Origin: a virus
Reading direction: 5' to 3' (one strand)
DNA length: 39,735 nt
UHGV virus genome: UHGV-1362164
The translations under genes and the position numbers were made by a program. Positions within the stretch are counted from its first letter, which is position 1. The number at the start of each line of letters is the position of its first letter. The notes under the pieces were generated by a model that did no database searches, was not told where the DNA came from, and saw nothing but the letters and a program-made list of their open reading frames with translations. Positions 1-8,380 of this stretch are shown in pieces.

Positions 1-2
1 AT

Positions 3-1232
3 GTGGATGCGGCGAAAGGTGATCAAGGGGTTGACTGGGCAATCTATCAGGGAGCACAAGGACAATTTGGTTATGCGCATGATAAGTTCGCAATTGCTCA
101 AATCGGTGGTTATAATGCTGGTGGTTTATACAACCAGTGGACTTATGAGAGTCAAGTAGCTTCGACGATCGCACAAGGTAAACGAGCGCATACCTATATT
201 TGGTATGACACGTGGGGGAGTATGAGTATTGCAAAAACAACAATGGATTACTTTTTGCCTAAAATCCAAACGCCGAAAGGGTCAATTGTCGCTCTGGATT
301 TTGAACATGGTGCAAGCTCTAATAAGCAAGCGAATACTGATACAATTCTTTACGGCATGAGGCGAATTAAACAAGCCGGTTACACTCCGATGTATTATTC
401 GTACAAGCCTTTCACGCTTCAGTATGTGTACTATCAGCAAATTCTTGCAGAGTTCCCTAACTCTCTGTGGATGGCCGCATATCCAAATTACAATGTTACT
501 CCAAGTCCTGTCTGGTCAGTTTTCCCATCGATGGAAGGTGTAGCCATCTATCAGTTTACATCTACGTATGTCGCTGGTGGCTTGGACGGTAACATTGATT
601 TAACTGGTATCACAGATAACGGCTACAACGGAGCTATCAAAGACGATGACGGCAAAGTTACTGTGAAGCCTGATACTGAAACGCCTGCGATTGATCAAGG
701 TCAGCAAGCGAACGAAACGCCTAAGAATGACATCAAAGCTGGATTCAAAGTAAAAGTGAACTTCTCTGCTTCTACTTGGGCAACCGGCCAAGTGATTCCT
801 CAGTGGGTGAAAGGTAATAGTTACACCGTTAAGGAAGTCAGCGGAACGAAAGTATTGCTCGATGGCATCATGAGCTGGATCAATCGCAAGGATGTTGAAA
901 TCTTGCAAACAACCACTCAAACGCCAAGCACTACTACATCGACACATTTTGTTCGTTCGGGTGAGACTCTATCAGGTATTGCTAGCAAGTATGGGACAAC
1001 ATATCAAACGTTAGCGAGCCTAAACGGACTAGCTAATCCGAATTATATTTATGTTGGTCAACAACTGAAGGTTAGCGGAACAGCGTCAACTAGTCGAATA
1101 TACACTGTAAACTATGGTGAAACTCTATCAGATATTGCAGCTAAACTCGGTACGACATATCAGGCATTGGCTCAAAAAAATGGTATTTCAAATCCAAATT
1201 TGATTTACTTGGGTCAACAATTAACATGTTAA
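3..1232 (+). CDS. Endolysin/autolysin, GH25 muramidase domain plus two C-terminal LysM repeats (5' end lies just outside the window)
   Basis: N-terminal GH25-like region (DWAIYQG...[14 protein letters not shown]). Two LysM motifs: [29 protein letters not shown]...IYVGQQLKV and [29 protein letters not shown]...IYLGQQL. A hairpin plus T-run terminator follows at ~1330-1360. Confidence 0.8.
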   Translation: MDAAKGDQGVDWAIYQGAQGQFGYAHDKFAIAQIGGYNAGGLYNQWTYESQVASTIAQGKRAHTYIWYDTWGSMSIAKTTMDYFLPKIQTPKGSIVALDFEHGASSNKQANTDTILYGMRRIKQAGYTPMYYSYKPFTLQYVYYQQILAEFPNSLWMAAYPNYNVTPSPVWSVFPSMEGVAIYQFTSTYVAGGLDGNIDLTGITDNGYNGAIKDDDGKVTVKPDTETPAIDQGQQANETPKNDIKAGFKVKVNFSASTWATGQVIPQWVKGNSYTVKEVSGTKVLLDGIMSWINRKDVEILQTTTQTPSTTTSTHFVRSGETLSGIASKYGTTYQTLASLNGLANPNYIYVGQQLKVSGTASTSRIYTVNYGETLSDIAAKLGTTYQALAQKNGISNPNLIYLGQQLTC

Positions 1233-1546
1233 AAAACGATTGTAATTAAATGATTAAAGAGTTATAGTAAAATTGTAAGTTACCATAGCTTACTTCTTCT
1301 TTCATAATTAAGTTTCATTTTGATAGCAACCAGTCACGTGCAGGCTGGTTGTTTTTTTAGTGCATCTTACATTACCGTGAGTGTATCATTTGCAAAGAAA
1401 ACGATTTATGGGTAAGTTTATTGTAATGGGAAGTCACTCGCCCATAAAAAAGGAGCGTCAGATACAGTCGTTTGGGGAAGCGGACTGTATCTGGCGTTCT
1501 ATTTCTTTATTGTACCACGTTTTAAAAATAATGTGAGTTATTAAAA

Positions 1547-1620
1547 GTACCCTTAGCTCAGTTGGTTAGAGCAGACGGCTCATAACCGTCCGGTCGTAGG
1601 TTCGAGTCCTACAGGGTACA
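1547..1620 (+). tRNA. tRNA-Met (anticodon CAT; could also be the tRNA-Ile2 lysidine type)
   Basis: Cloverleaf folded by hand. Acceptor GTACCCT/AGGGTAC plus discriminator A. D arm TAGCTCAGTTGGTTAGAGCA. Anticodon stem GACGG/CCGTC with loop CTCATAA. T arm GTAGG-TTCGAGT-CCTAC. No encoded CCA. Confidence 0.85.
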
Positions 1621-1814
1621 TTCTATTTTTGAAAGAAAAATGAAAACTGATTATAAAGAGTTTTCGCCAATTGACAGCGTAAGTTTTTTGTAGTTTACTT
1701 AAGTTAGCTAATGACATATACGTCATTTTTGTAATGAGATGAGCGTATATGTATAAAGTACGCTTGTTTTCTTATGCTTTTGATGATTGACAAAATGTGA
1801 AAGAGGTGACTAGA

Positions 1815-2462
1815 ATGATTTGGACTAATGAACGAAGAAAAAAATTAATCTCTTGGCTAATAAAAAATGGACCAAAAGAGTATTATTCTGCTCTCAAAAC
1901 TCAGAAGTTCTTATTCTTTTTTGAGTCTTTTTCAAAAATCAATAATCAAGACTATGATTTTTCTAAATTAAAAGCGTATAAGAACGGGCCTGTTTTTAGT
2001 GAAGTCTATGGTGATTATAAATATAACTTTGAAGAACTTACGGAAGAAAGTTCGAAAATGACACTAGATAATATAGATACTATCACTGCGAAAAAAGCTC
2101 ATTTTCTAACTCAAATTATGAATAATGATGAATTATCTACTCTAACTCATCAGTTTGACATGTGGAGAACGCACGAGAGTGAAATAGAAAATGGAGTATT
2201 ACAGATTGAAATGAAGGAGAAAGATTTCACACATTCTGATTGTGAGTTAGCACAAGAATTGTTCGATTTATACGATATTTCTTTTGTAGATAGATCAGAA
2301 GTATTAATCGTTGGGGATAAGCATTTCCTATTCACTAAAAAGGATTTTGCTAGCTTGAATGAAACACAAAAGTCTACTTTAGAGAAGATCGCATTGGAAG
2401 AGGATTTAATTAATCCTGTATATGTAGAGATCGGTAATGAAGGAGATTTGATAATTGACTAA
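1815..2462 (+). CDS. Panacea (DUF4065, SocA/GepA-like) domain protein with ~100-aa C-terminal extension; candidate PanA-type antitoxin
   Basis: RBS AGAGGTGA 6 nt upstream of ATG 1815. Motif block KTQKFLFFFESFS...FSKLKAYKNGPVFSEVYGDYKY matches the Panacea signature (K.QK.L.F.E / AY..GPV...VY..YK). The 3' end overlaps the next gene. Confidence 0.55.
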   Translation: MIWTNERRKKLISWLIKNGPKEYYSALKTQKFLFFFESFSKINNQDYDFSKLKAYKNGPVFSEVYGDYKYNFEELTEESSKMTLDNIDTITAKKAHFLTQIMNNDELSTLTHQFDMWRTHESEIENGVLQIEMKEKDFTHSDCELAQELFDLYDISFVDRSEVLIVGDKHFLFTKKDFASLNETQKSTLEKIALEEDLINPVYVEIGNEGDLIID

Positions 2463-2877
2463 AGTCAAAGATGTTTTTACAGTGAAACTACCTTTCCCAG
2501 ACATTTCTTCTAATCTTGCCACAAAAGCACATATGTATTTATGTATTCAAGCTGGTGAAAATAAGAAAATATTATCTTGTCAAACTAAAAAACCGTTATT
2601 ACTAAGAAATGATAGACCTCCATATAGATATGTAGATTGTAAAGCAGATATTAAAAAAAATCCGTTCAAGAGAGACACGATTATTGCTTGTGATTATTGC
2701 TTCGAACTAAAGGGGATACATGTAGATAGTTCTCTATTAACTTCTTCCAGAAGAGACGTATGTTCAGAAATGTATTATGAAGTAATGAAAAAAATTTCTT
2801 TTTCAAATTTTGGTAGTAAAGTATTAGAAGAAGGAGTATTATTGGCTCTCAATCCGTTATTATCCAAGATTAATTGA
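2455..2877 (+). CDS. Hypothetical 140-aa protein translationally coupled to the Panacea-domain gene; candidate toxin partner
   Basis: TTG start at 2455 with GAAGGAG RBS 9 nt upstream. Overlaps the upstream stop by 8 nt, an operon-like coupling. No TM segment and no family recognised by eye. Weak hairpin (TAGC-GAGA-GCTA) plus T8 at ~2900-2925. Confidence 0.4.
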   Translation: MTKVKDVFTVKLPFPDISSNLATKAHMYLCIQAGENKKILSCQTKKPLLLRNDRPPYRYVDCKADIKKNPFKRDTIIACDYCFELKGIHVDSSLLTSSRRDVCSEMYYEVMKKISFSNFGSKVLEEGVLLALNPLLSKIN

Positions 2878-2972
2878 TTAAAACAATATTAATGCCCCTA
2901 GCGAGAGCTAAGTTTTTTTTCTCATTAAAATAGATGTAGAATAAACATGAACTTTTGAAAGGGGTTAAAAAG

Positions 2973-3200
2973 ATGATTGATGGACGTGAATGTTTTAATC
3001 CTATGATGGTCCCAATCACGGAATTCAGTAGAGGGTTATCTTGGCCACCCACTTATATTAAATGTGATTGTGGCGAGATATTAGCTAGAGATCAGCGACC
3101 TAACGCGACTTATTATTGGAAATGTTCTGAATGTAGGAAGGTGTTCTCTATGGTTAGAGGGACAATTTGTTTAGAGGAAAAAAGGGCTCTTCGTCAATGA
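2973..3200 (+). CDS. Small Zn-ribbon protein (CDCGE...CSECRK); C-terminus altered by the IS insertion
   Basis: ATG 2973 after an AAAGGGG RBS. Two CxxC pairs. Stop codon TGA lies inside the IS left inverted repeat. Without the IS the frame would end a few codons later (..EEK-SSHK*). Confidence 0.35.
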   Translation: MIDGRECFNPMMVPITEFSRGLSWPPTYIKCDCGEILARDQRPNATYYWKCSECRKVFSMVRGTICLEEKRALRQ

Positions 3201-4720
3201 GTGTTGGTGAAGAAATTCAATAGAATAATCGAGATACTCACACGGCTAGACAGCTATCTTGTCTAGCCGTGTTGTTGTTCTGGCTTTAGTCAGTTGGGTA
3301 GTATTCTTAGTTTTCTTAAAATATTTTCCTCGATATAAAAAGATTCGTTCTCGGTAGTTTTGAAAGTTTCTAAAGCCATAGGCAATTCGTTTTAGTACTT
3401 TGATATGGTTATTCAAACATTCTATAGGGCCGTTGGAATAGGGAACGCGCAACGCTCGTTTGATTTCTGTTTGGTATTTCTTGAAGGTCGTGAACACTGG
3501 TTGGTAGTGCTCTGGCAACTCCTTGTAGTCTTCTTTTAGGAGCGCGACGAATTCAGGAACATCTTGTCTTCTGATAACGGAAAGAAAATCCTGGTAGACT
3601 TCATAGCCTCGCTTTAAGGAATCATCATAAGATAATAGCCGATCGACTATCTCTGCTTCTGTCAGATGATCTCGAAATGACGGACGCCAGTAGCGATGCT
3701 GACCTTTCAATTCCCACGCATTCTTTTGAAGTAGTCTCCAGTATTTCTTTAAGTGCTTCGACCGACGATCCCCTTTTTTAAAGGTCTTCATTACTTGAAT
3801 TCGGTGGTTGGTAAAAGCCCGACCAATGTGTTGGCTAATATGAAAGCGATCGGCGACGATTCGGGCATTCGGAAAACACTCTTTCACCAATGTGCGATAG
3901 GGTGTATAGAAATCTGAAACCACTAGACGCACTTGTTCACGGACTTTTATAGGGTAGCGCAAGAAATAGTCGCGTAAAGGATCAAGTTGCCGATTTTCCA
4001 CAATATCAATCAGTTGATGGGTTTTGCCGTCCATCATGACAAAGCTCATGGCTCCCGAGACGTTTTTCACCGATTTGAATTCATCGAAACACACCACTTC
4101 TGGTAACGGCTGGTTCAAAGAAACGGTTTTAGGCCGAAGGCTGCGAAGTATTCGAATGACAGTGGTCGGAGAAATGTGCTTCATACGTGCAATCAAAGAC
4201 ATAGAAATAGGCTCACTTAATAGCTCAAGAATGGCTTGTTTGACTCTGCGGGCAATGGAGCAGCGACGATCACTAACTGAATCTTCTGCTAAAAAAGTCT
4301 TTCCACAGTGTTTACATTTGAAGCGCTGTTTGTTAATCCGCACAATGGTCTTGTAGTTACTGACATCATATTCAATAAGATGGATACTTTTTTCCAGCCC
4401 CATTTAATGATCGTTTGCTTATTTTGATAGTGGCAATGGAAGCATTCCTCTGGTTGATAGGTCAATGTGCCATCAAAAACAAAACATGTTTCGTCATTAA
4501 TGCGCTCTTTGCGAAAGGCATCTTCATGAAAGGTAAGATTTAGGTCTAGAATATCTAGTAACTCTTTGGTAAACTCTGAATAGGACATCTTGAAACACTC
4601 CTTTGAATGGTTTTCGTCGACTTTATTCTAAAGGATTTCAAGGTGTCTGTTTGCGTTTATTAGAAAAAAGAAAAAGTATTGGCAACAGAAGGCGTCACCA
4701 ACACTAGATATTATAGAGCC
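3185..4720 (-). mobile_element. ISL3-family insertion sequence (1536 bp), complete, flanked by a perfect 8-bp target-site duplication GAAAAAAG
   Basis: Imperfect terminal inverted repeats: GGCTCTtcgtcaatgAGTGTTGGTGA at 3185 and the reverse complement of cACCAACACTagatattatAGAGCC ending at 4720. Direct repeat GAAAAAAG at 3177-3184 and 4721-4728. The size and the 8-bp TSD are typical for the ISL3 family. Confidence 0.75.
3246..4588 (-). pseudogene. ISL3-family transposase split into two overlapping ORFs (4289..4588 and 3246..4403) by a -1 frame change in an A6 run
   Basis: The N-terminal ORF carries a zf-ISL3-like CxxC..HxH motif (ECFHCHYQNKQTIIKWG). The downstream ORF continues with RINKQRFKCKHCGKTF and a DDE-type body. 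The two frames meet at TGG-AAAAAA-GTA (plus-strand T6 at 4388-4393). RBS AAAGGAG precedes ATG 4588. This could be a homopolymer error, an inactivating mutation or slippage. Confidence 0.7.
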
Positions 4721-4852
4721 GAAAAAAGTTCCCACAAATAGAATATGTTATACTGATTAGGTGGATAGCTTGGCTAACCACCTCACTTTCGATTGCTCCA
4801 CTTCTTGCTGATCCGAGGAGTGGGGTATTTTTTTGTAGATAGGCTAAAGTTG

Positions 4853-5173
4853 TTATACAATAATTTTCCCATGATCAATGCGATAACTGTAGATTTCGAT
4901 TTTCCTATTATTCCAACAGAATATTTGTTTATTCTTATGAAGCAGTAAAATAGAAAAAAAGGTTTTAGTGCTCATTGGAGCCTTCCTGTTCTGGCGAAAA
5001 AAGATGAGGTTTCCCTCATCATCGGGTTTGGCAGTAGTCAGGGGAATTAAGGTACTACCCATCTGTGTAAAAATCCCTGTATATTCCTCATGAAAAGGAT
5101 TCGCAGTTAGTTGTCTCAATAATTCGCCAGCCTTCATTTCATACCTTCTTCCGTTGGAATCTACTTGATTCAA
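4853..5173 (-). CDS. Hypothetical ORF (106 aa), possibly a gene remnant
   Basis: Open frame only. No convincing RBS, and a low-complexity C-terminus. Kept at low confidence. Confidence 0.15.
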   Translation of the reverse strand: MNQVDSNGRRYEMKAGELLRQLTANPFHEEYTGIFTQMGSTLIPLTTAKPDDEGNLIFFRQNRKAPMSTKTFFSILLLHKNKQIFCWNNRKIEIYSYRIDHGKIIV

Positions 5174-5379
5174 ATTTTAGCATGATACTTGTCTTGCCGA
5201 CAACTGAATATCTTCTTACGATATCAGTTCCTGATTTTTAAACACGATTTACTTATAGTATGCAGGCTTATATTAAAATTAAATTATAAATAAACAATGT
5301 TATTGAAAAACAATAGATAAAACATTAATATATAAAAGTTGCAATGTCGCTTTTATATATGAAAGGAGAAAATTGAATA

Positions 5380-6066
5380 ATGAAAAGGAAAAAATATGTA
5401 GTCGTAACACTCATCATTGTAATAGCTTTTATTGGTTTAGCCGGTAAAAATTATGCAGACAGTATTTTAAACTGGGGTGGGGAACAGAATATTTCTACCA
5501 TCAATGATAACTTAGATAAGTTGAATGATTCATTATCAGATAAAGAACAGAAAATCATACAATTATCCAATAAATCAGCAAGTACAGAGGGCCAATTAAC
5601 TCAATTTCAAAAAGATATTGATAGTTACAAGCAACAGTTAGAAGCTTTGAAAAATGAAAAAAATCAATTAGCTGGAGAAAAAACTAGTTTAGAATCTCAA
5701 TTAAATAGTAAAAATGGAGAACTTCAATCTAAACAGCAAGAAATCGCAGATAAATTAAAGGAAATTGAGCAGAAAAACCAAGAGATCAATCAGAAAAACC
5801 AAGAATTTAATACTAAATTGCAGGATGCACAAAATAAAGCTAATGATTTACAAAATACCATTAATTCACTAAATAACCAGATTAACACTTTAAACAGTGA
5901 AAAAAATTCTTTGCAAGCAGAACTGGATTCTACTAAACAACAATTAGCAAGTGCAAACAAAGAAAATTCTAATTTAAAAGCTTATATTGATAAATTAAAC
6001 AAGGCTAAACAAGATGTAAAAGATACAGCTAACAAGTCTCAACAAATAGTTGATCAACATCAATAA
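5380..6066 (+). CDS. Membrane-anchored coiled-coil protein (N-terminal TM or signal anchor, Q/N/K/E-rich heptad region)
   Basis: RBS AAAGGAG plus ATG. Residues 7-22 are hydrophobic (VVVTLIIVIAFIGLAG), followed by ~190 aa of coiled-coil-like repeats (NEKNQLAGEKTSLESQLNSKNGELQSKQQEI...). Possible promoter TTGAAA-17-TAATAT at ~5302-5330. Terminator at 6168-6204. Confidence 0.6.
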   Translation: MKRKKYVVVTLIIVIAFIGLAGKNYADSILNWGGEQNISTINDNLDKLNDSLSDKEQKIIQLSNKSASTEGQLTQFQKDIDSYKQQLEALKNEKNQLAGEKTSLESQLNSKNGELQSKQQEIADKLKEIEQKNQEINQKNQEFNTKLQDAQNKANDLQNTINSLNNQINTLNSEKNSLQAELDSTKQQLASANKENSNLKAYIDKLNKAKQDVKDTANKSQQIVDQHQ

Positions 6067-6167
6067 AAGAGAAAAGATTTCTAGCCCACGATAAGTTATT
6101 TTCCCATTGCACATGAAACCGTTTCATTGTATACTATTCATATCCTAAAAACATTTTTTTCATTACT

Positions 6168-6204
6168 TCAGAACGCTCGAACGACCGGGCGTTCTATTTT
6201 TTTG
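6168..6204 (+). terminator. Rho-independent terminator after the coiled-coil gene
   Basis: Hairpin AGAACGC-tcgaacgaccgg-GCGTTCT followed by a TATTTTTTT run. Confidence 0.5.
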
Positions 6205-6251
6205 AGTAAATCTATCTTGTCAAATGTAACCGCTCGCTGTATACTTTAGTT

Positions 6252-6319
6252 ACCAACAACCCTAAAACACTTTTTCATAATCCTTGGAGCCCTGGACTAA
6301 TCGGGAGCTCCTTTTTTTT
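6252..6319 (+). ncRNA. Candidate small RNA (~68 nt), defined only by a near-consensus promoter and an intrinsic terminator
   Basis: Promoter -35 TTGTCA (6217-6222), 17-nt spacer, -10 TATACT (6240-6245). The terminator hairpin GGAGC...GCTCC (6286-6311) is followed by T8. No ORF lies between them. Confidence 0.3.
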
Positions 6320-6421
6320 ATTGTTTTATGTTGGTAAATTAAAAAGCCCGAAAAATCAAGCTTTCAGCATTTTAAATTCCATTATGATTATGGTTTTTCG
6401 ATGACGCGTGTCCTACATAAA

Positions 6422-6637
6422 TTGAATACTATTTGAATACCAAAAAGTAGGTATTCAAGAAAGTTCAAGAGTATCAAACGCAAACTGAAACATTGATATC
6501 ATCGTGTTTTATCTTCGATTATCATCTATTAGCAGGATGATATTTGATGATAAGAATCAGATTAGTAGTGATATGATCGGCTTTGTACCAGCAATGTTTG
6601 TTGCTTTTGGTAGGAATGAATACCATGTTGAATACCA
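6422..6637. promoter_or_regulatory. Cluster of (T)TGAATAC(C) repeats next to the int 3' end; putative integrase arm-type binding sites (attL/attP arm)
   Basis: TTGAATAC at 6422-6429 and 6433-6440. An inverted copy GTATTCAA at 6451-6458. TGAATACCA at 6617-6625 and 6629-6637. Further short palindromes (TTATCATC...GATGATAA) at ~6520-6570. Confidence 0.35.
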
Positions 6638-6640
6638 TTT

Positions 6641-7783
6641 TTAGGAATTCATGTATTTTAGAAAATTTGTTGCAGTATCTTTTTCAGCGTTCTTAGTGAC
6701 ATGGGCATACACATCTAAAGTTGTTTTTACGTCTGTGTGCCCTAACCGCTCTTGAACCTGCTTTATGGTTGCGCCAGACTCAAAAAGCAAACTCGCATGA
6801 GTGTGGCGAAAACCATGAGTAGTTATTTTGAAGTCTCTATAAGATGGTTTTGCTAAAATACTCTGAAGTATACTTTTATAAAAAAGTTCATTTTGAGGGT
6901 TTGAGAATAGTAGTTGTTTCTCGTCAGATTTAATTCTAATTCCTCTGCTGAACAACAATTTCTTTTGATTAAGCCGCCAGTTTTTCAAAAGAGTAATAGT
7001 ATCATGGTCTAATGAGAGCGATCGCTCGGATGCAGTAGTTTTTGTTGTCGATACAAATTTTTCGTTTTCCACATATGATGCATTTTTTGTAATAGAGAGT
7101 ATTTCGTTTGAGAAATCGACATCTTCCCATGTTAATGCCAGTAATTCACCGCGGCGGATTCCAGTATAGGCTAGGACATGAAACATGGTGTAAATCTGTT
7201 CAGACTCATGATTTTTTATTTCGGAAAGAAAACTCTTCAACTGTATTTTATCCAGAAAATTTTGTTTGTCTTTAGATTTCAATTCGCGCTGCACTTTAGG
7301 TGTAATGACTCGATCCATAGGATTCTCTTTCAACAGTCGTTGTTGTATTGCAAATGAGAATATTTTTGAGGTGTACATCTTTATAGCTCTATAACTCTTA
7401 TACTTCTCACTCCAGGCGTTGACGATTTTTTGGCAATAGGTAACAGTGATTTTATCCAATTTAAGATGTCCGAATTCTGGAAGAATCTGTTGATCAAAAT
7501 AATATTTTATCCGATGTGCTGATGCGCGTTTTACAGTATTTTTATATTGAACAATCCATAGCTCATATACATCCTTAAATGTACTATAGTCCTGTTTAAT
7601 GAATCCCTGAGACCCAACCTCAAGCTGCAATTGCGCAAGGGCTAGCTTTGCTTCCTTCTGCGTTTTAAACCCACGCCTTGTAGTTCGTTTACTTTTTCCA
7701 GTCAACGGATCAACGCCCAAGTATGCGTTAAACATATAAGCGGTTGAACCATCTTTTTTTGTGTATTTTTTGATATTTGCCAT
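6641..7783 (-). CDS. int: Phage tyrosine integrase (site-specific recombinase, phage integrase family)
   Basis: 380 aa. N-terminal SAM-like/arm-binding region. Catalytic C-terminus with ...TGIRRGELLALTWEDVD...HGFRHTHASLL...LGHTDVKTTLDVYAHV (R..HxxR..Y). Transcribed towards the tRNA side, the classic prophage-end arrangement. Confidence 0.9.
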   Translation of the reverse strand: MANIKKYTKKDGSTAYMFNAYLGVDPLTGKSKRTTRRGFKTQKEAKLALAQLQLEVGSQGFIKQDYSTFKDVYELWIVQYKNTVKRASAHRIKYYFDQQILPEFGHLKLDKITVTYCQKIVNAWSEKYKSYRAIKMYTSKIFSFAIQQRLLKENPMDRVITPKVQRELKSKDKQNFLDKIQLKSFLSEIKNHESEQIYTMFHVLAYTGIRRGELLALTWEDVDFSNEILSITKNASYVENEKFVSTTKTTASERSLSLDHDTITLLKNWRLNQKKLLFSRGIRIKSDEKQLLFSNPQNELFYKSILQSILAKPSYRDFKITTHGFRHTHASLLFESGATIKQVQERLGHTDVKTTLDVYAHVTKNAEKDTATNFLKYMNS

Positions 7784-7847
7784 AGTATCGCATCCTTTCG
7801 AATGTATGTTCTTTTTGAGTATTTAAAGAAAAGCCCGAAGGCTAATC

Positions 7848-8000
7848 TTAATCATTTTCTTTTAAAACTTTTTCAATGTCTTTTTTTGCTTGTACATAGT
7901 GGCTAGCCACTTGCTTGGCAGACTTGTGATCTAAGTCTACTTTTCCTAAGTAAATGATCGCTACATCGTGAGCAGCTTTCCTAATTTCTTCATCTGACAT
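7848..8000 (-). CDS. Small hypothetical protein (50 aa), below the size cutoff of the ORF track
   Basis: ATG at 8000 preceded by AAGGTGA. Translation MSDEEIRKAAHDVAIIYLGKVDLDHKSAKQVASHYVQAKKDIEKVLKEND. The stop is followed immediately by the hairpin AGCC-TTCG-GGCT plus a T-run on the minus strand (plus coordinates 7832-7843). Confidence 0.35.
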   Translation of the reverse strand: MSDEEIRKAAHDVAIIYLGKVDLDHKSAKQVASHYVQAKKDIEKVLKEND

Positions 8001-8074
8001 TTTGATTCACCTTCTTTCTTTTTTGATCTAATCAAACTAGCAACGCTAGGTGGTAAAAAGCCCGAAGGCTATTC

Positions 8075-8290
8075 TTACTTTTCCATCCAAGTTTTACCAC
8101 AAGAGCTGCATTGAAATTCACGAGTTTTTTTCTTTCCACCTAAAATACTTCTCTTTGCTTTCTGTTTGTGATTAAAAACTGTCAGGTTTAAAGGGTTTAG
8201 ATTGATACTTGTTTTTTGTTTAGTATTTAATCCTGATGCAATAAGTTGCACGTTTGTAGACTTGCATTTTGGACATTTCAATTTCCCCAT
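8075..8290 (-). CDS. Small zinc-ribbon protein (CPKC...CSSC), 71 aa, between int and repressor
   Basis: Two CxxC pairs at the ends. Stop followed by hairpin AGCC-TTCG-GGCT plus a T-run (plus coordinates 8059-8070). Confidence 0.45.
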   Translation of the reverse strand: MGKLKCPKCKSTNVQLIASGLNTKQKTSINLNPLNLTVFNHKQKAKRSILGGKKKTREFQCSSCGKTWMEK

Positions 8291-8380
8291 TTCTTAAATT
8301 ATCCTTTCCAATATTCCAATATAAAATATTTTAAAACAAGCTTACCCTAGCCGAAGTTGCAACTTCGACTGGGGTATTTT

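Noticed and set aside
600-947. 115-aa minus-strand ORF inside the lysin gene
   Set aside because: Fully antisense to a well-supported GH25/LysM coding region. No RBS. Composition artefact.
2150-2335. 61-aa antisense ORF inside the Panacea-domain gene
   Set aside because: Antisense to the better-supported gene. No start signals.
4024-4356. 110-aa plus-strand ORF inside the ISL3 transposase
   Set aside because: Antisense to the transposase, which has clear family motifs. No RBS.
4760-4830. Possible terminator or hairpin right of the IS (AGGTGG...CCACCT, then GGAGTGGGG before a T7 run)
   Set aside because: The stems are imperfect and the loop is long. Could not support it as a confident terminator by eye.
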